Source: a virus (lineage: Duplodnaviria > Caudoviricetes). Taken from it: DNA of 58,993 nucleotides. The position numbers and the translations under genes were made by a program. Positions within the stretch are counted from its first letter, which is position 1; every line of letters begins with the position of its first letter. The stretch spans positions 1-58,993 of IMG/VR virus record IMGVR_UViG_3300025276_000003. The stretch is one strand, 5' to 3'. The notes beneath the pieces were generated by a model that was not told the DNA's origin, ran no database searches, and worked only from the letters and a program-made list of their open reading frames with translations. Positions 36,635 through 46,771 of the stretch are shown one piece after another.

Positions 36635-37161
36635 GGTCTGACGTAAAAGCTCTACAAGTTATGATAGATTCGATGGTCGGTATTGAAAAGTTCTCCTATC
36701 CATCAAGACAGAATGAAGCTCCAAAACCACAGGACGAGTTTGCACACATAACTCTTCTTGAGGAATATCAAATAGGTTTGCCAGTTAATGGCATACTAGA
36801 ACAAACAGATGAGATTACTACATACAGGACTATCAGTCCAGCTCGGCTTAGGCTTAGAGTTGGAGTAGTAGATACTGACGGTGTAGCCTCCTCAAAGATC
36901 ATGCATGGTTGGACATCGGAAGCTATGAAAGCTTTAATGATTTCAACTGGCTACGGTTTTATCAGCTGTCACCCACTGTCAAATGAAGATGCCAAACTTG
37001 AAAAGGAATGGGATTTTAGGCAAGGGTTTTCAGTTGAGTTGTATACTACCAGAGTCTATGATCAGACTGTAGACAACATACTACAGTTAGAGATATCTGG
37101 AGAGTTTGTCACACCGCAACTGGACACAATCCTTTTGCAAATCAATATAAACGAAAATTAA
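36631..37161 (+). CDS. Neck/tail terminator protein
   Basis: Immediately upstream of the sheath; RQNEAPKP motif. Confidence 0.6.
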   Translation: MRSDVKALQVMIDSMVGIEKFSYPSRQNEAPKPQDEFAHITLLEEYQIGLPVNGILEQTDEITTYRTISPARLRLRVGVVDTDGVASSKIMHGWTSEAMKALMISTGYGFISCHPLSNEDAKLEKEWDFRQGFSVELYTTRVYDQTVDNILQLEISGEFVTPQLDTILLQININEN

Positions 37162-37173
37162 CAAGGAACAATT

Positions 37174-38652
37174 ATGGCGATTGAAATTACTGAATTTGCC
37201 AATGTCTCTATCTCTGTATCTCCTGTTGGAGTTGGTGCTGGAAACTTTGGTATCTTAGGTTTTCTAACCTCAGATTCAGACCTTAACATTGCTGGTAAAG
37301 GTATCCTCCCAGCTGAACGTGCTAGATCTTATACTAGCTTAGCAAGTGTTGGTGGTGATTGGCAGGCTTCTTCAGAAGTCTACAAAGCTGCTACTGCCTT
37401 CTTTTCTCAGACCCCTACCCCAACTGACTTTCTAGTTAAAGTATGTTACGAAACTGCTCAGCCTTCTACTTTGGTTGGTGGCGGTTCTGACACTGCTGCT
37501 GAGTTGATTGCTGCCACTTGGAATGGTTCCGGTGAGCTTTCCATGAATATCGAAGGAGTTGATGTTGTCATCACTGACTTAGATGTATCTGGTGCTGCAA
37601 CTTCTGACTACGCTGGTGTTGCTGGCGAGCTAGAAGCTATTATCTCTGCTATTGTTGTTGGCACAACTGTTACTCACAATGGCTACCAGTTTGTAGTAAC
37701 TGCACCCACTTCTGGTGTATCTTCTACAATGACTGCTCCTGCTTCTACTGAAGCTACTGTTGCATTGGGGTTAGCTGTTCAGCTTGCTTCTGTTTCTCCT
37801 GGCATTGCCGTTGAAACTCCTGTTGATGCATTGGCTGCTACTCTTGCAAAAGGAATAGTAGATGTTGGTCTAGTTACTAACAAGAAGTGGCGTGACGTTG
37901 TTGGTGTTGCTACTGGCAGCTCAACTACTGACATTGCTATGTGGGCTGAAGGCGCTAAGCGTATCTTCTGTAACACTACTAATGATCTCACTACCCTTAC
38001 TTCTGGCACTAGTCACATTGCTGCTGACCTTAAAAGTAGAGCTTTGCGTTTTAGCTTGACTACTTTCTCTAAGGATGCTACTGCATATCCTTCAGCGTCT
38101 GTCTTTGGTCGTGCTGCATCTGTAAACTTCTCTGCGATCGGTTCAACTATCACTCTTAACCTCAAGCAGATGCCGGGTATAGCTGCTGAAAACTTGACTC
38201 CATCTGAGTTTGCTAGCATGAAGTCACACTTCTGTTCAGCTGTTGTACAGATTGGTTCAAGTGTTAGTGCATATACTGACAGCCGAATGGCTTCAGGTTC
38301 ATGGCTAGACACTACTCACGGAATATTGTGGTTAGAGAACCGTTGTGAAGCTGACATGTTTAACCTTCTGTATGTGTCTGGAACTAAGCTTCCTTATACT
38401 CAGGTAGGTATTAACACTGCTGCTGCAACTCTTGAGCGTAGCTTACAAGCTGCTGTTCGTAATGGTTTGGCTGGTCCCGGAACTTTAGCTGACGGAACAT
38501 ACTTGTCAGAGGGTTTCATTGTTGAGTCCGTATCATTGGCCAACACTCCAGTGAGCGACAAAGGTAACCGCATGTATAAGGGCTTGTCCTTTAAGATGGT
38601 TGGTGCTGGCGCAATGCATGAAGTCGAAGTTTCAGGTCAATTCTCAGAGTAA
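37174..38652 (+). CDS. Contractile tail sheath protein (DUF3383 type)
   Basis: ANVSISVSP, YKAATAFFSQTP, TITLNLKQMPG, GSWLD..HG..WL, KLPYTQ.G. Confidence 0.9.
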   Translation: MAIEITEFANVSISVSPVGVGAGNFGILGFLTSDSDLNIAGKGILPAERARSYTSLASVGGDWQASSEVYKAATAFFSQTPTPTDFLVKVCYETAQPSTLVGGGSDTAAELIAATWNGSGELSMNIEGVDVVITDLDVSGAATSDYAGVAGELEAIISAIVVGTTVTHNGYQFVVTAPTSGVSSTMTAPASTEATVALGLAVQLASVSPGIAVETPVDALAATLAKGIVDVGLVTNKKWRDVVGVATGSSTTDIAMWAEGAKRIFCNTTNDLTTLTSGTSHIAADLKSRALRFSLTTFSKDATAYPSASVFGRAASVNFSAIGSTITLNLKQMPGIAAENLTPSEFASMKSHFCSAVVQIGSSVSAYTDSRMASGSWLDTTHGILWLENRCEADMFNLLYVSGTKLPYTQVGINTAAATLERSLQAAVRNGLAGPGTLADGTYLSEGFIVESVSLANTPVSDKGNRMYKGLSFKMVGAGAMHEVEVSGQFSE

Positions 38653-38668
38653 CTAATAGGAAAACATT

Positions 38669-39166
38669 ATGTACCAATATAGTTTCGCCAATGTTGACCT
38701 CATTATTGAGGCTAACTATCCAGACATGCCAGCAGGAAGCCCCTCTTCGTTTAAGATTCAGGGATTCGCAACTGGTGAAAACCTAATAAGTATTGCACGA
38801 AGAGCACCGATTGCTACACAAACTTTCGGAGCTTATGGTGATATGGTTGTTAACATGCAACGTATCCGAGCTGGTGATCTGGCTTTTCCAGTACTTCAAA
38901 ATGCTTTAGAAAACAAGTACTTGCAGGACTACGCAAACTACTTCCAACAGCAAGCTGATGACAATGGTCAGCTGGTCTTCCCTATTCAAGCTAAGTTAGT
39001 TGATAACATGGGTAAGGACACTTGCAAAATGGAAAATGGAGTTATACTTGCTATGCCTCCTATGATGCGTGGACAGACTATGTCTACTGTAAACTGGGTA
39101 CTAACATTTGAAACCGTGACTTTCAACAGAGAGCATGGCGGAGATTTAGCCCAACTGGGTGCCTAG
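38669..39166 (+). CDS. Tail tube protein
   Basis: Follows the sheath; YSF..V...I.GF..G...GAYG; followed by a terminator. Confidence 0.8.
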   Translation: MYQYSFANVDLIIEANYPDMPAGSPSSFKIQGFATGENLISIARRAPIATQTFGAYGDMVVNMQRIRAGDLAFPVLQNALENKYLQDYANYFQQQADDNGQLVFPIQAKLVDNMGKDTCKMENGVILAMPPMMRGQTMSTVNWVLTFETVTFNREHGGDLAQLGA

Positions 39167-39186
39167 CACTTAGCTGTACAAGAATT

Positions 39187-39214
39187 GCCCAACCATCCTC
39201 GGTTGGGCTTTTTT
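39187..39214 (+). terminator. Rho-independent terminator
   Basis: GCCCAACC-ATCCTC-GGTTGGGC followed by TTTTTT. Confidence 0.85.
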
Positions 39215-39233
39215 ATTTACCAAGGAGAAAACT

Positions 39234-39608
39234 ATGTCAGAAGATTATCACGCTACCTTAAGAGGTGGACAAGAGATTTACATACCAAGCTGGTCTGCAA
39301 AGGTCCAGTACAAGAACATGATGCAAGTTTGCAAGTACTTAGGTCAAGCAAATGTTGTTGCAATATCAGCCCTAGATGTACCAGCTACCGTAGTAGCTTT
39401 AATGGGTTCTGATGAACCAGATGTCACAACTGATCTGGTACTACACTTTATTCAACAGGCCCGTATTGACGGATCTAAGATTGATACAAACAAAGCTGAA
39501 GAGCTTGGCATGACACTCATAGCTGAACTATTCACACACGTAATACATTCACAGTACGCTGATTTTTTCGAATCAGGTCTAGCAAGGGACACCTCCCAGA
39601 GCACTTAG
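39234..39608 (+). CDS. Tail assembly chaperone (G)
   Basis: Between tube and tape-measure position; slippery heptamer near its 3' end. Confidence 0.75.
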   Translation: MSEDYHATLRGGQEIYIPSWSAKVQYKNMMQVCKYLGQANVVAISALDVPATVVALMGSDEPDVTTDLVLHFIQQARIDGSKIDTNKAEELGMTLIAELFTHVIHSQYADFFESGLARDTSQST

Positions 39609-39826
39609 CATCTGGAGGGAGTCAAGTGTTGCCGGTAGATTATAATAGTATCTACCCAGAACTGAATGGCTACTTGATAAAACCCTTACTAGTAAATCCT
39701 CCAATGTGTACGCTTAAGGAGTTGTCTGACGGAACGTATAACCTGTACGACTTAGAGGTTATGCACCAGATCATAGAGATCAAACAGTACAACCCTATAG
39801 TACTCGAACAAATCAAACCACAGTAA
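39563..39826 (+). CDS. Tail assembly chaperone extension (GT) reached by -1 frameshift at T TTT TTC (39563..39569)
   Basis: The -1 frame is open from the heptamer into track ORF 39626..39826 (TLKELSDGTYNLYDL motif). Confidence 0.75.
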   Translation, partial: FFRIRSSKGHLPEHLASGGSQVLPVDYNSIYPELNGYLIKPLLVNPPMCTLKELSDGTYNLYDLEVMHQIIEIKQYNPIVLEQIKPQ

Positions 39827-39841
39827 ATAAGGAATAGAGCT

Positions 39842-42800
39842 ATGGCTGACAAAGATAATGTAGATGGAAAGTATCCTAGCTCTAAACCTAAAAGAACATT
39901 AAGCCTTAAGGGGGGAGCAAAGAGGAAGAAGTCTGCTTACTCTGTATCACCGGGATCAATAGACGGACAGAGAGAAAGAGCACCTAAGAGTATGTCCGAA
40001 ACTATGGGCGGAAACTACGGCAAGATTAAAAAGGTTCAGCACATGCTGGACACTATGGAAATGACTGGCGGAAAACGCCAAGAGCTGTACGACATTATAG
40101 CTCACTTAGAAGAAGATGATTATGTAGATGAAATAAGCAACTCAGGTCTGGGAGACACTGGACTGACTGCAGTGGCAAGCTCAAACTACAGTGGAGATGA
40201 TGCAGTAGAGGAAGAGACATACCAAGGAATGTCAGAGTATGGCGAGACTGACACTAGTAATATACTAGCCCAAAGAGTTATGTCAATGAGCTACGGAGTG
40301 CAGGCTGCTACCTTGGGCATCATAGACGGCTCGTACAGCCCGTCAGGGAAAGATGAAATTGAGCTTACTGCTGCCATAGAGGACTTCACTAAAAGCCTAG
40401 GAGGGTCCACTACTGAGTTCGTGAGAGCTGTTAAGTCTCAGCTGCCCAGTGGTGTAAAGCCGACAAGGAGTAAACAGGACGTAAACCTTACTCTGTCGAT
40501 GATGGGAAGCAGTGCTGAGGACTACATCAAAGCTGGTGGTACTAGGCTTGATGGCCAGACAATGAGTGCAGAGGCCGAGATAATCCAAAGGTATCAGCAA
40601 GAGAAGCTCTACAATAGGATTGAGAGTCTTGCTGATACCTACTACCTCACAGATGCTACTAAGGCATCGGACATATATGGCGTAAGAAAAGCACAGGTTG
40701 TTCAGGGCTTAGCCAAACACTTTATGGATACTGATATATCTGGAATAGGAGTGAGAGGTAGTTCAGCTCTTCCACTACCCAACCAGCTTGGTATACCCGG
40801 ACTGAAGTGGACAAAATCAGTTGGCTATGACAGAGTTGGTTCCGCCTTTACTCCAATGGAACATGCTCAAGAGATTGAGAGGGTTAAGGCCAGAGGTGGG
40901 TCAGTTACTTTAAAAGAACAATGGGAGCTAATCAATAGAGGCCCAAGCGCAAAGGATACCTTCTCACCCTATGACGAATCACTGTCAAAGTTTGGGAAGA
41001 CTTCCGAAGAGATAAGAGCCATACAGAAGAGTAGGTTTGATGCAATCAACGATGATGCACTTGAGCTTCGTGACCTTCTCAGATCACAGACTGCTACCAT
41101 TGCTGATGGAAACAATGGCTTCAGATCTCGTGTCATAGGCCAATGGAATCCTAACGGGGACCAAGCTGCTGCAACAGAGTTCAGAAACTTTCATAGCGCA
41201 CAGCTTGGGATGACTGGATTGAATGAGTGGTCTGGCAGCGACGACAGTGAAACAAGACAGATGGACACTGACGCCCCAATGCACCAAGGTGGATCTAGGA
41301 AAGGTCAGGAAAGTGGTGGCATGTATGGAGCTAAGGGTATGTCTGAGCAGGAAGAAGCTGTACAGTCAGACATGGCTAGATACCAAGAGCTGATAGAGGC
41401 ATCTGGATTTAAGATGAGTTCTGATGATGCTATTGCAAGAGTGATGGAAGAGAAAGATCCTACAGCAACAAAGCCTGTCCTAAGTACTGATGGCTACTCA
41501 GCCTATGACTATTACAAGCGAAATGTAGCTGGATCTGTAACTCCTGCCCAAGGTAGTGACGAGTGGAAGTCTCAACGAACTGGTAACGTAACAGGTTCTG
41601 TTGCTAAAAAGTTGTTGCAGAAGAATGGACACGTTGCGATGGCAGTAGAAGTTGCCTCTGGTGTACTTGGTCTTGGTGGGTTTGCAGGCAATGCAGCATC
41701 TAAGCAAGGTAATGACTTTGAGGATAAGGTAAGGGATACATTCCTTGCCAGTCCTGAAGGTAAAGACATACACTGGGAAGAAGCCTTTTATGAAAGTCAT
41801 AAGGATAACTCAAGGTTTGGCGCAACTCCTGATGGAAGACTCTTTCACAAAGATGGCTCAAGTGCTGGTCTAGCTGAATTCAAGTTCTTTGGTGACAAGC
41901 ACATGAGCATAGGGAAGGCTCGTCTGGAAAAGGAAATCAACCCCCAAGTGCAGTGGCAGATGTATGTCTCTGGCGAAAGAGAGACAAGGGTAACTTGGCT
42001 CAACAGTGAAACTAACAAGTACATTCACAGCGTGATAAAAGCTGATCCTGAATTACAAAACAAGATGGCGGCTACTGCTAGAGCTTCAATTAAGATTGCA
42101 GATGAGTTGCATAGTGCATCGGAGGTACAAAAGATGAGGTTAAAATACGGAGGTGCAAAACAAGCTTCAGCAGGAGGAGGTGGTCAGGATAAGGAATTCG
42201 TTCCCAGTGATGTAGAAGCAGAAGTTCCAATGGCTGCGTTTGTAGCTGGTGATGATGTATCTTACGGAGAGGATGTATCTGACGTAGGTCCGGGTGGTCC
42301 CAAGGCACAAGCTGCAAGAGCTGAAAAAGCTAAGCTACTTGAAGAGACGATAGCTAAACCAAAAGCAGGATCACCAGAAGCTATTAAGGCAGACAAGGAA
42401 GCGGCTGATGCTGCCAAGAAGTCTGCTGCTGCACTGAATGCACTGGCTTCAACTGTCAGGAAAACTGGCGCAGTGATGGAGCAGCTGGGAAATTTGGTTC
42501 AGAAAGCTACGGACAGTGTTCTCGATGAAGACAGGTCTGCTAGACTCAATGCAATGGACACTGGAGAGCAGCGTGGCATAGCAAGGGCAATGGCGAATGC
42601 AAACGTAAGCGACTCTGCTATTTCCCAAACCCTGACTCAAGCAGGTAGTATTCAGGCTCAGTTGGGTATGGACCCAAACAATGCGCCTAACAAGTTGATG
42701 GCTATGAATGCAGGCTTGAGAGGTCCGGGTGCTACACCTGAGATGCGAGCTATAAAACTTCCTAGCAATGATGACTACTTGAGGATGGGGACTAAAGAGC

Positions 42801-43585
42801 GAATGGCTCAGGCAATGGATGCCATAAACTCTGTAGATTCTCGTGAAGAGAAACAGAGGGTGGCCAATGCTATGGGGTTTCCTCAGCTTGCTACAGCTAA
42901 CGACCTAACTGGGAATATGATACGAGAGGCTAGTAACGATCTTGTAGATGGTAGGGTTAAGGCTGCACAAGATACTGGCACAGGTTTAGCCAAGTATGAC
43001 CAAACGAAGAAGGATATTCTCGAACAAGGTTCTCAAGTGGGAGAGGAAGCGGGATTCCTTGCGGGTGGAGCTAGTGATCTTGGTGGGCTCTTACAGAAAC
43101 CTGCTGGTGGACTGGCAACAGCGAAAGCTCTTGGTGGTGCAGCTGTTGCTGCTGGTACTGTTAAGGCAGCTGCTATTGCTGCGGGAACTACTACAATGGG
43201 AGTTATCACAGCTCCTGTTACTGGTATCGCGGTCACTGGTGCTGCTGCTTCCTATGCAGCTTACAAAGCTTCTGAGGCAAATCCATTAGCTAAGGGTACT
43301 GGCGACTTCATAGGACAGGGTATTGATCAGGTAGCTTCATTCTTTGGTAGCGACGATGCTACGAAAAGGATAGAGGACATGAAGATCTTTAGGGAACAGC
43401 AAGCATTTCCCAGCATGAAGATTAGCGGTCCTGCTGTTTTAGAAGATAGGTACTACGGAGTTGGTGGCAAGCCTACTATAGAAAACATGGACATAACTTT
43501 AACCCAGAACAACGATGACATCAGTGCTCAAATTAAGTTAGATGGAGAAACGTATCAGGGTGACAACAGAGTGAGGACTAGGTAA
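39842..43585 (+). CDS. Tape-measure protein with an internal YqaJ/lambda-exonuclease domain
   Basis: Position after the G/GT chaperones; Ala/Gly-rich helical C-terminal third; QGSDEW..R...TGS, G..FE, GATPDG, EFK, Q.QWQM motifs at ~41549..42080. Confidence 0.75.
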   Translation: MADKDNVDGKYPSSKPKRTLSLKGGAKRKKSAYSVSPGSIDGQRERAPKSMSETMGGNYGKIKKVQHMLDTMEMTGGKRQELYDIIAHLEEDDYVDEISNSGLGDTGLTAVASSNYSGDDAVEEETYQGMSEYGETDTSNILAQRVMSMSYGVQAATLGIIDGSYSPSGKDEIELTAAIEDFTKSLGGSTTEFVRAVKSQLPSGVKPTRSKQDVNLTLSMMGSSAEDYIKAGGTRLDGQTMSAEAEIIQRYQQEKLYNRIESLADTYYLTDATKASDIYGVRKAQVVQGLAKHFMDTDISGIGVRGSSALPLPNQLGIPGLKWTKSVGYDRVGSAFTPMEHAQEIERVKARGGSVTLKEQWELINRGPSAKDTFSPYDESLSKFGKTSEEIRAIQKSRFDAINDDALELRDLLRSQTATIADGNNGFRSRVIGQWNPNGDQAAATEFRNFHSAQLGMTGLNEWSGSDDSETRQMDTDAPMHQGGSRKGQESGGMYGAKGMSEQEEAVQSDMARYQELIEASGFKMSSDDAIARVMEEKDPTATKPVLSTDGYSAYDYYKRNVAGSVTPAQGSDEWKSQRTGNVTGSVAKKLLQKNGHVAMAVEVASGVLGLGGFAGNAASKQGNDFEDKVRDTFLASPEGKDIHWEEAFYESHKDNSRFGATPDGRLFHKDGSSAGLAEFKFFGDKHMSIGKARLEKEINPQVQWQMYVSGERETRVTWLNSETNKYIHSVIKADPELQNKMAATARASIKIADELHSASEVQKMRLKYGGAKQASAGGGGQDKEFVPSDVEAEVPMAAFVAGDDVSYGEDVSDVGPGGPKAQAARAEKAKLLEETIAKPKAGSPEAIKADKEAADAAKKSAAALNALASTVRKTGAVMEQLGNLVQKATDSVLDEDRSARLNAMDTGEQRGIARAMANANVSDSAISQTLTQAGSIQAQLGMDPNNAPNKLMAMNAGLRGPGATPEMRAIKLPSNDDYLRMGTKERMAQAMDAINSVDSREEKQRVANAMGFPQLATANDLTGNMIREASNDLVDGRVKAAQDTGTGLAKYDQTKKDILEQGSQVGEEAGFLAGGASDLGGLLQKPAGGLATAKALGGAAVAAGTVKAAAIAAGTTTMGVITAPVTGIAVTGAAASYAAYKASEANPLAKGTGDFIGQGIDQVASFFGSDDATKRIEDMKIFREQQAFPSMKISGPAVLEDRYYGVGGKPTIENMDITLTQNNDDISAQIKLDGETYQGDNRVRTR

Positions 43586-44553
43586 TGACAATTAAGAAGT
43601 TCGGACAGGAGGTATACTTAGAAGTTAGGGGCAAAGAAAAAGAAATGATTCTGGATGCCTCTGGACTTCGTATTGACTTTGATATAAGACAGACCAATGG
43701 TTACAACTTAGCAACCTTTACTATCTACAACTTGACACAAGAGTCAGTGAATAGCCTACTAAGCGACAGCTACAAAACTGTGTCGCTTGGAGTCTCTTTG
43801 CATGATAGCCCAATACAGTTCTTAGCTACTGAGTATTTTGTAAGTAATGTAGTGGACGAGATTGTAGTGCCAAACAGGATAGTAAAGTTGTATTGTCAAG
43901 ACAAGCTACTGCTAGATTATCTTGAGAAGCCAGTCGAGTTTGTTTCAAAGTCAAAGACTCTAAAGAGTTTAGTCAACAGCGTAACATCTCATGTTAAGTT
44001 TAAGGGAAGTGTGGAGTACAATACCTTTCCATATAACCTAGAGAACCAAGCACTGTCTGGAAGAAGTAAGAGGCCTTTTACAGGAAATATGCTGTCATGT
44101 TTAAATGAACTTGGAAATGAGTATAACTTCAATCTGTATACTAAGGATGGTAACTTGGAACTTTTGTACAAGCCCAACCTAGATAATGTGAATGGAACTA
44201 GTCTATACAAAGATCCAGTCATAAGGCTACAGTCAAACAACATGAGAACTAACCCGTCAATAGGACTGGGAAGTATGACAGTTGTGTCTAACCTTGACCC
44301 AAGGATGAGGACAGGAGCCATACTAGAGACAAGAGACTTGCTAACTGCATCTACAACTACTAGTGAAGTTGCACTTCAGACTCAAGAGAGGCTTATCTCA
44401 GAAAGTATAAATGGGTACAGCAGATACCAAATCTGGAACGTACAGCATAAAGGAAGTAACTACACAGGTGATTGGCACTCAATAGTGAATGCCTACACCC
44501 CAACTCGCGGAAAACAAATGATGACAGGAACCTCAACTTGGTTTAGGTCGTAG
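43585..44553 (+). CDS. Baseplate hub protein
   Basis: GLRIDFDI, ATFTIYNL, HKGSNYTGDW; synteny. Confidence 0.7.
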   Translation: MTIKKFGQEVYLEVRGKEKEMILDASGLRIDFDIRQTNGYNLATFTIYNLTQESVNSLLSDSYKTVSLGVSLHDSPIQFLATEYFVSNVVDEIVVPNRIVKLYCQDKLLLDYLEKPVEFVSKSKTLKSLVNSVTSHVKFKGSVEYNTFPYNLENQALSGRSKRPFTGNMLSCLNELGNEYNFNLYTKDGNLELLYKPNLDNVNGTSLYKDPVIRLQSNNMRTNPSIGLGSMTVVSNLDPRMRTGAILETRDLLTASTTTSEVALQTQERLISESINGYSRYQIWNVQHKGSNYTGDWHSIVNAYTPTRGKQMMTGTSTWFRS

Positions 44554-44561
44554 GAGTTATA

Positions 44562-45734
44562 ATGGCGAAAGTAACGCCCGCAGCCATTACCTACACTCCA
44601 GTAGGTCAGGCTAAGACAGTACTAAAGTTTCACACTGTAGTATCGGAAGCACACCAAGCTGTATCGGAAATTACAAAGTTTCCTGTACAGTCTGGGTATG
44701 AAATAAGTAATAATGTAATACGTAAGAATAGGATACTGACAATCGAGGGAGTGATTTCTAACTTGCAGATGGCATCATCTAAAACCTATTACAAATATTC
44801 GGAGACAGATAATGCAAAAGCTGTCTTTGAGGCACTGGAGTCTTTGGTTAGTAATGGCACACCTTGTGAGGTTGTTACTAACCTAGGAAGATACAACCCA
44901 GTAGTGTTTAACAGTTTCAACACTAAGCAAGCAGCTGGCCTTATAGACTCAATGCACTTCACTATATCTGGTGAGGAGTTGCAGATAGCAAGTAACCTAA
45001 ACACTTCTGGAGCTAAGTCTCTACCATTCATAGAGTTGACAGGTGCAGAATACGAGCTTAGGGTGGAGGCACTAAAAGAAGCTAAGTTTGAGGTTTGTGG
45101 TGATGCAACCATATCTGAAGCCAGTTTTGAGTTAGGTACAGACTTCGTACTAGACGGAGTTAATGATCTTGGATTGCCAACAAAGACTTCATACATAAGC
45201 AACGGACTTGACACTGTTACTGGAGGGTATAGCTACTCAGTACATACGTCAGATGTTGACATGTACATACCAGAGGCTGACAAAGTTCTGCCAACTGGTG
45301 GCGACCTTGATGACATATCTTCTTCTGGAGGTTTTGCTCAAGTAAGTAGTTGCATGACAGATTCGGGTGCTGAGATAATAGAAGAGGCAGCCGTAGATTA
45401 TATAGACACAGCTATGGGACAGCTTGCAGAAAGTGCAAGAGGAGCACTGTACGACACAATGAACCTAAGTGGGGATGAGGTTGGGCAGTCTTTAATACAT
45501 GCTGGTGTTGGGTGCATGGCAAGGGGTTTAAATGATGTGGTGTCAGAAGCTTGGTTCTTGCCCGGAGAAGGATTGCCGACTGCCCAAGACATAGTGGACG
45601 GAGCCGTAAACTTTGGCGCAAGCTTGTTTAGCAATGATGGCGAGATACCCACAACTGATAACGAAAAGATTGTAGCAGAGATTGCAGAAAAAGCAGCTCC
45701 AGCAACAACAACTATAACTCAAGTTCAATGCTAA
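44562..45734 (+). CDS. Tail tube initiator/Dit-like protein
   Basis: SE.H...SEIT.FPVQSG..ISN....LTIEG.ISN. Confidence 0.7.
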   Translation: MAKVTPAAITYTPVGQAKTVLKFHTVVSEAHQAVSEITKFPVQSGYEISNNVIRKNRILTIEGVISNLQMASSKTYYKYSETDNAKAVFEALESLVSNGTPCEVVTNLGRYNPVVFNSFNTKQAAGLIDSMHFTISGEELQIASNLNTSGAKSLPFIELTGAEYELRVEALKEAKFEVCGDATISEASFELGTDFVLDGVNDLGLPTKTSYISNGLDTVTGGYSYSVHTSDVDMYIPEADKVLPTGGDLDDISSSGGFAQVSSCMTDSGAEIIEEAAVDYIDTAMGQLAESARGALYDTMNLSGDEVGQSLIHAGVGCMARGLNDVVSEAWFLPGEGLPTAQDIVDGAVNFGASLFSNDGEIPTTDNEKIVAEIAEKAAPATTTITQVQC

Positions 45735-45744
45735 TGGAGGCACT

Positions 45745-46404
45745 ATGGATATTGAAGACTACAGCATAATGATGCCCGGACGTATCCTAGAGTACTTTCC
45801 AGACACACAGACAGCTACAGTTAGGATAAGTGTTGAGAGGGTTTACAGTACTTCTGTATCTCTCGACAACACTATAGCTAGAACCTTGTTAGAGGATGTG
45901 CCAGTACATACCCCAAGTGGTGGTGGCTGGTCACTAACATTTCCTATTAAAGCAGGAGATACTTGCCTGATAATGTTCAGTCAGTTTGGGTACGATCACT
46001 GGATGTTCGACAACAAGGATGAGGCTGGCCTTAGAATAGATGGCGAACCAATGCCTTGGGTAAATCGAAGATTCTCCAGTTCAGATGGTTTTGCACTTGT
46101 TGGGTTTAACCCAATGCCAGTATCTATACAGAGCTACAGTGATGTCAATTCAGAGTGGCGCAACGTAGATGCTTTACAAAAGATATCCCTTAAAGAAAAT
46201 GGGGACATAGCAATAGACACACCAACCAAGGTTACAATCACAGCTCCTTTGACAGAGATCGTAGGAAACTTAACTGTTTCTGGAACTACTGTAGGTACTG
46301 GCGAGATTACTGGTATAGGTGTAGACTTATCAACACACACACACGGTCAACCAAACACAGGAGCTGACGCAACTGTACAAGGTGACACCTTAGTACCTAA
46401 CTAA
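45745..46404 (+). CDS. Baseplate spike (Gp138/gpV-like)
   Basis: MPGRI..Y, DVPV..P.GGG..LTFPIK.GD.C, terminal THTH metal-binding motif. Confidence 0.85.
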   Translation: MDIEDYSIMMPGRILEYFPDTQTATVRISVERVYSTSVSLDNTIARTLLEDVPVHTPSGGGWSLTFPIKAGDTCLIMFSQFGYDHWMFDNKDEAGLRIDGEPMPWVNRRFSSSDGFALVGFNPMPVSIQSYSDVNSEWRNVDALQKISLKENGDIAIDTPTKVTITAPLTEIVGNLTVSGTTVGTGEITGIGVDLSTHTHGQPNTGADATVQGDTLVPN

Positions 46405-46416
46405 TAGGGAACTTAG

Positions 46417-46767
46417 ATGCAACTAGCATTAGACAAAAGCACTGGCGATCTTATTAAGGGTGCCAGTGGTGGAGTTGAAAGAGTCACAGAAGGTAGGTTC
46501 GTAGTCCAGCAAGTACAAAGTAGGCTCCGTACTTGGCTGGGCGAGTGGGCTTTAAACCCAACAATAGGTTGGGTTAACTTCTCAGACTTTGAAAAGAACT
46601 TCGATCAATTCGATATAGAAACCCGCGCACGTAGAATCATCTTGGGAACTCAGGATGTTCTTGCCATAAACAACTTAGAGATTACTTACAGTAAACGTAA
46701 GCTAACACTCCAGTTCGAGGCATCAACAACATACGGCGCGATCTCATTAACTGTCCCTTGGGAGTAA
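46417..46767 (+). CDS. Baseplate wedge/sheath initiator (gp25-like)
   Basis: QQV..RL.TW.GEW.L...IG, STTYG. Confidence 0.75.
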   Translation: MQLALDKSTGDLIKGASGGVERVTEGRFVVQQVQSRLRTWLGEWALNPTIGWVNFSDFEKNFDQFDIETRARRIILGTQDVLAINNLEITYSKRKLTLQFEASTTYGAISLTVPWE

Positions 46768-46771
46768 AGCA

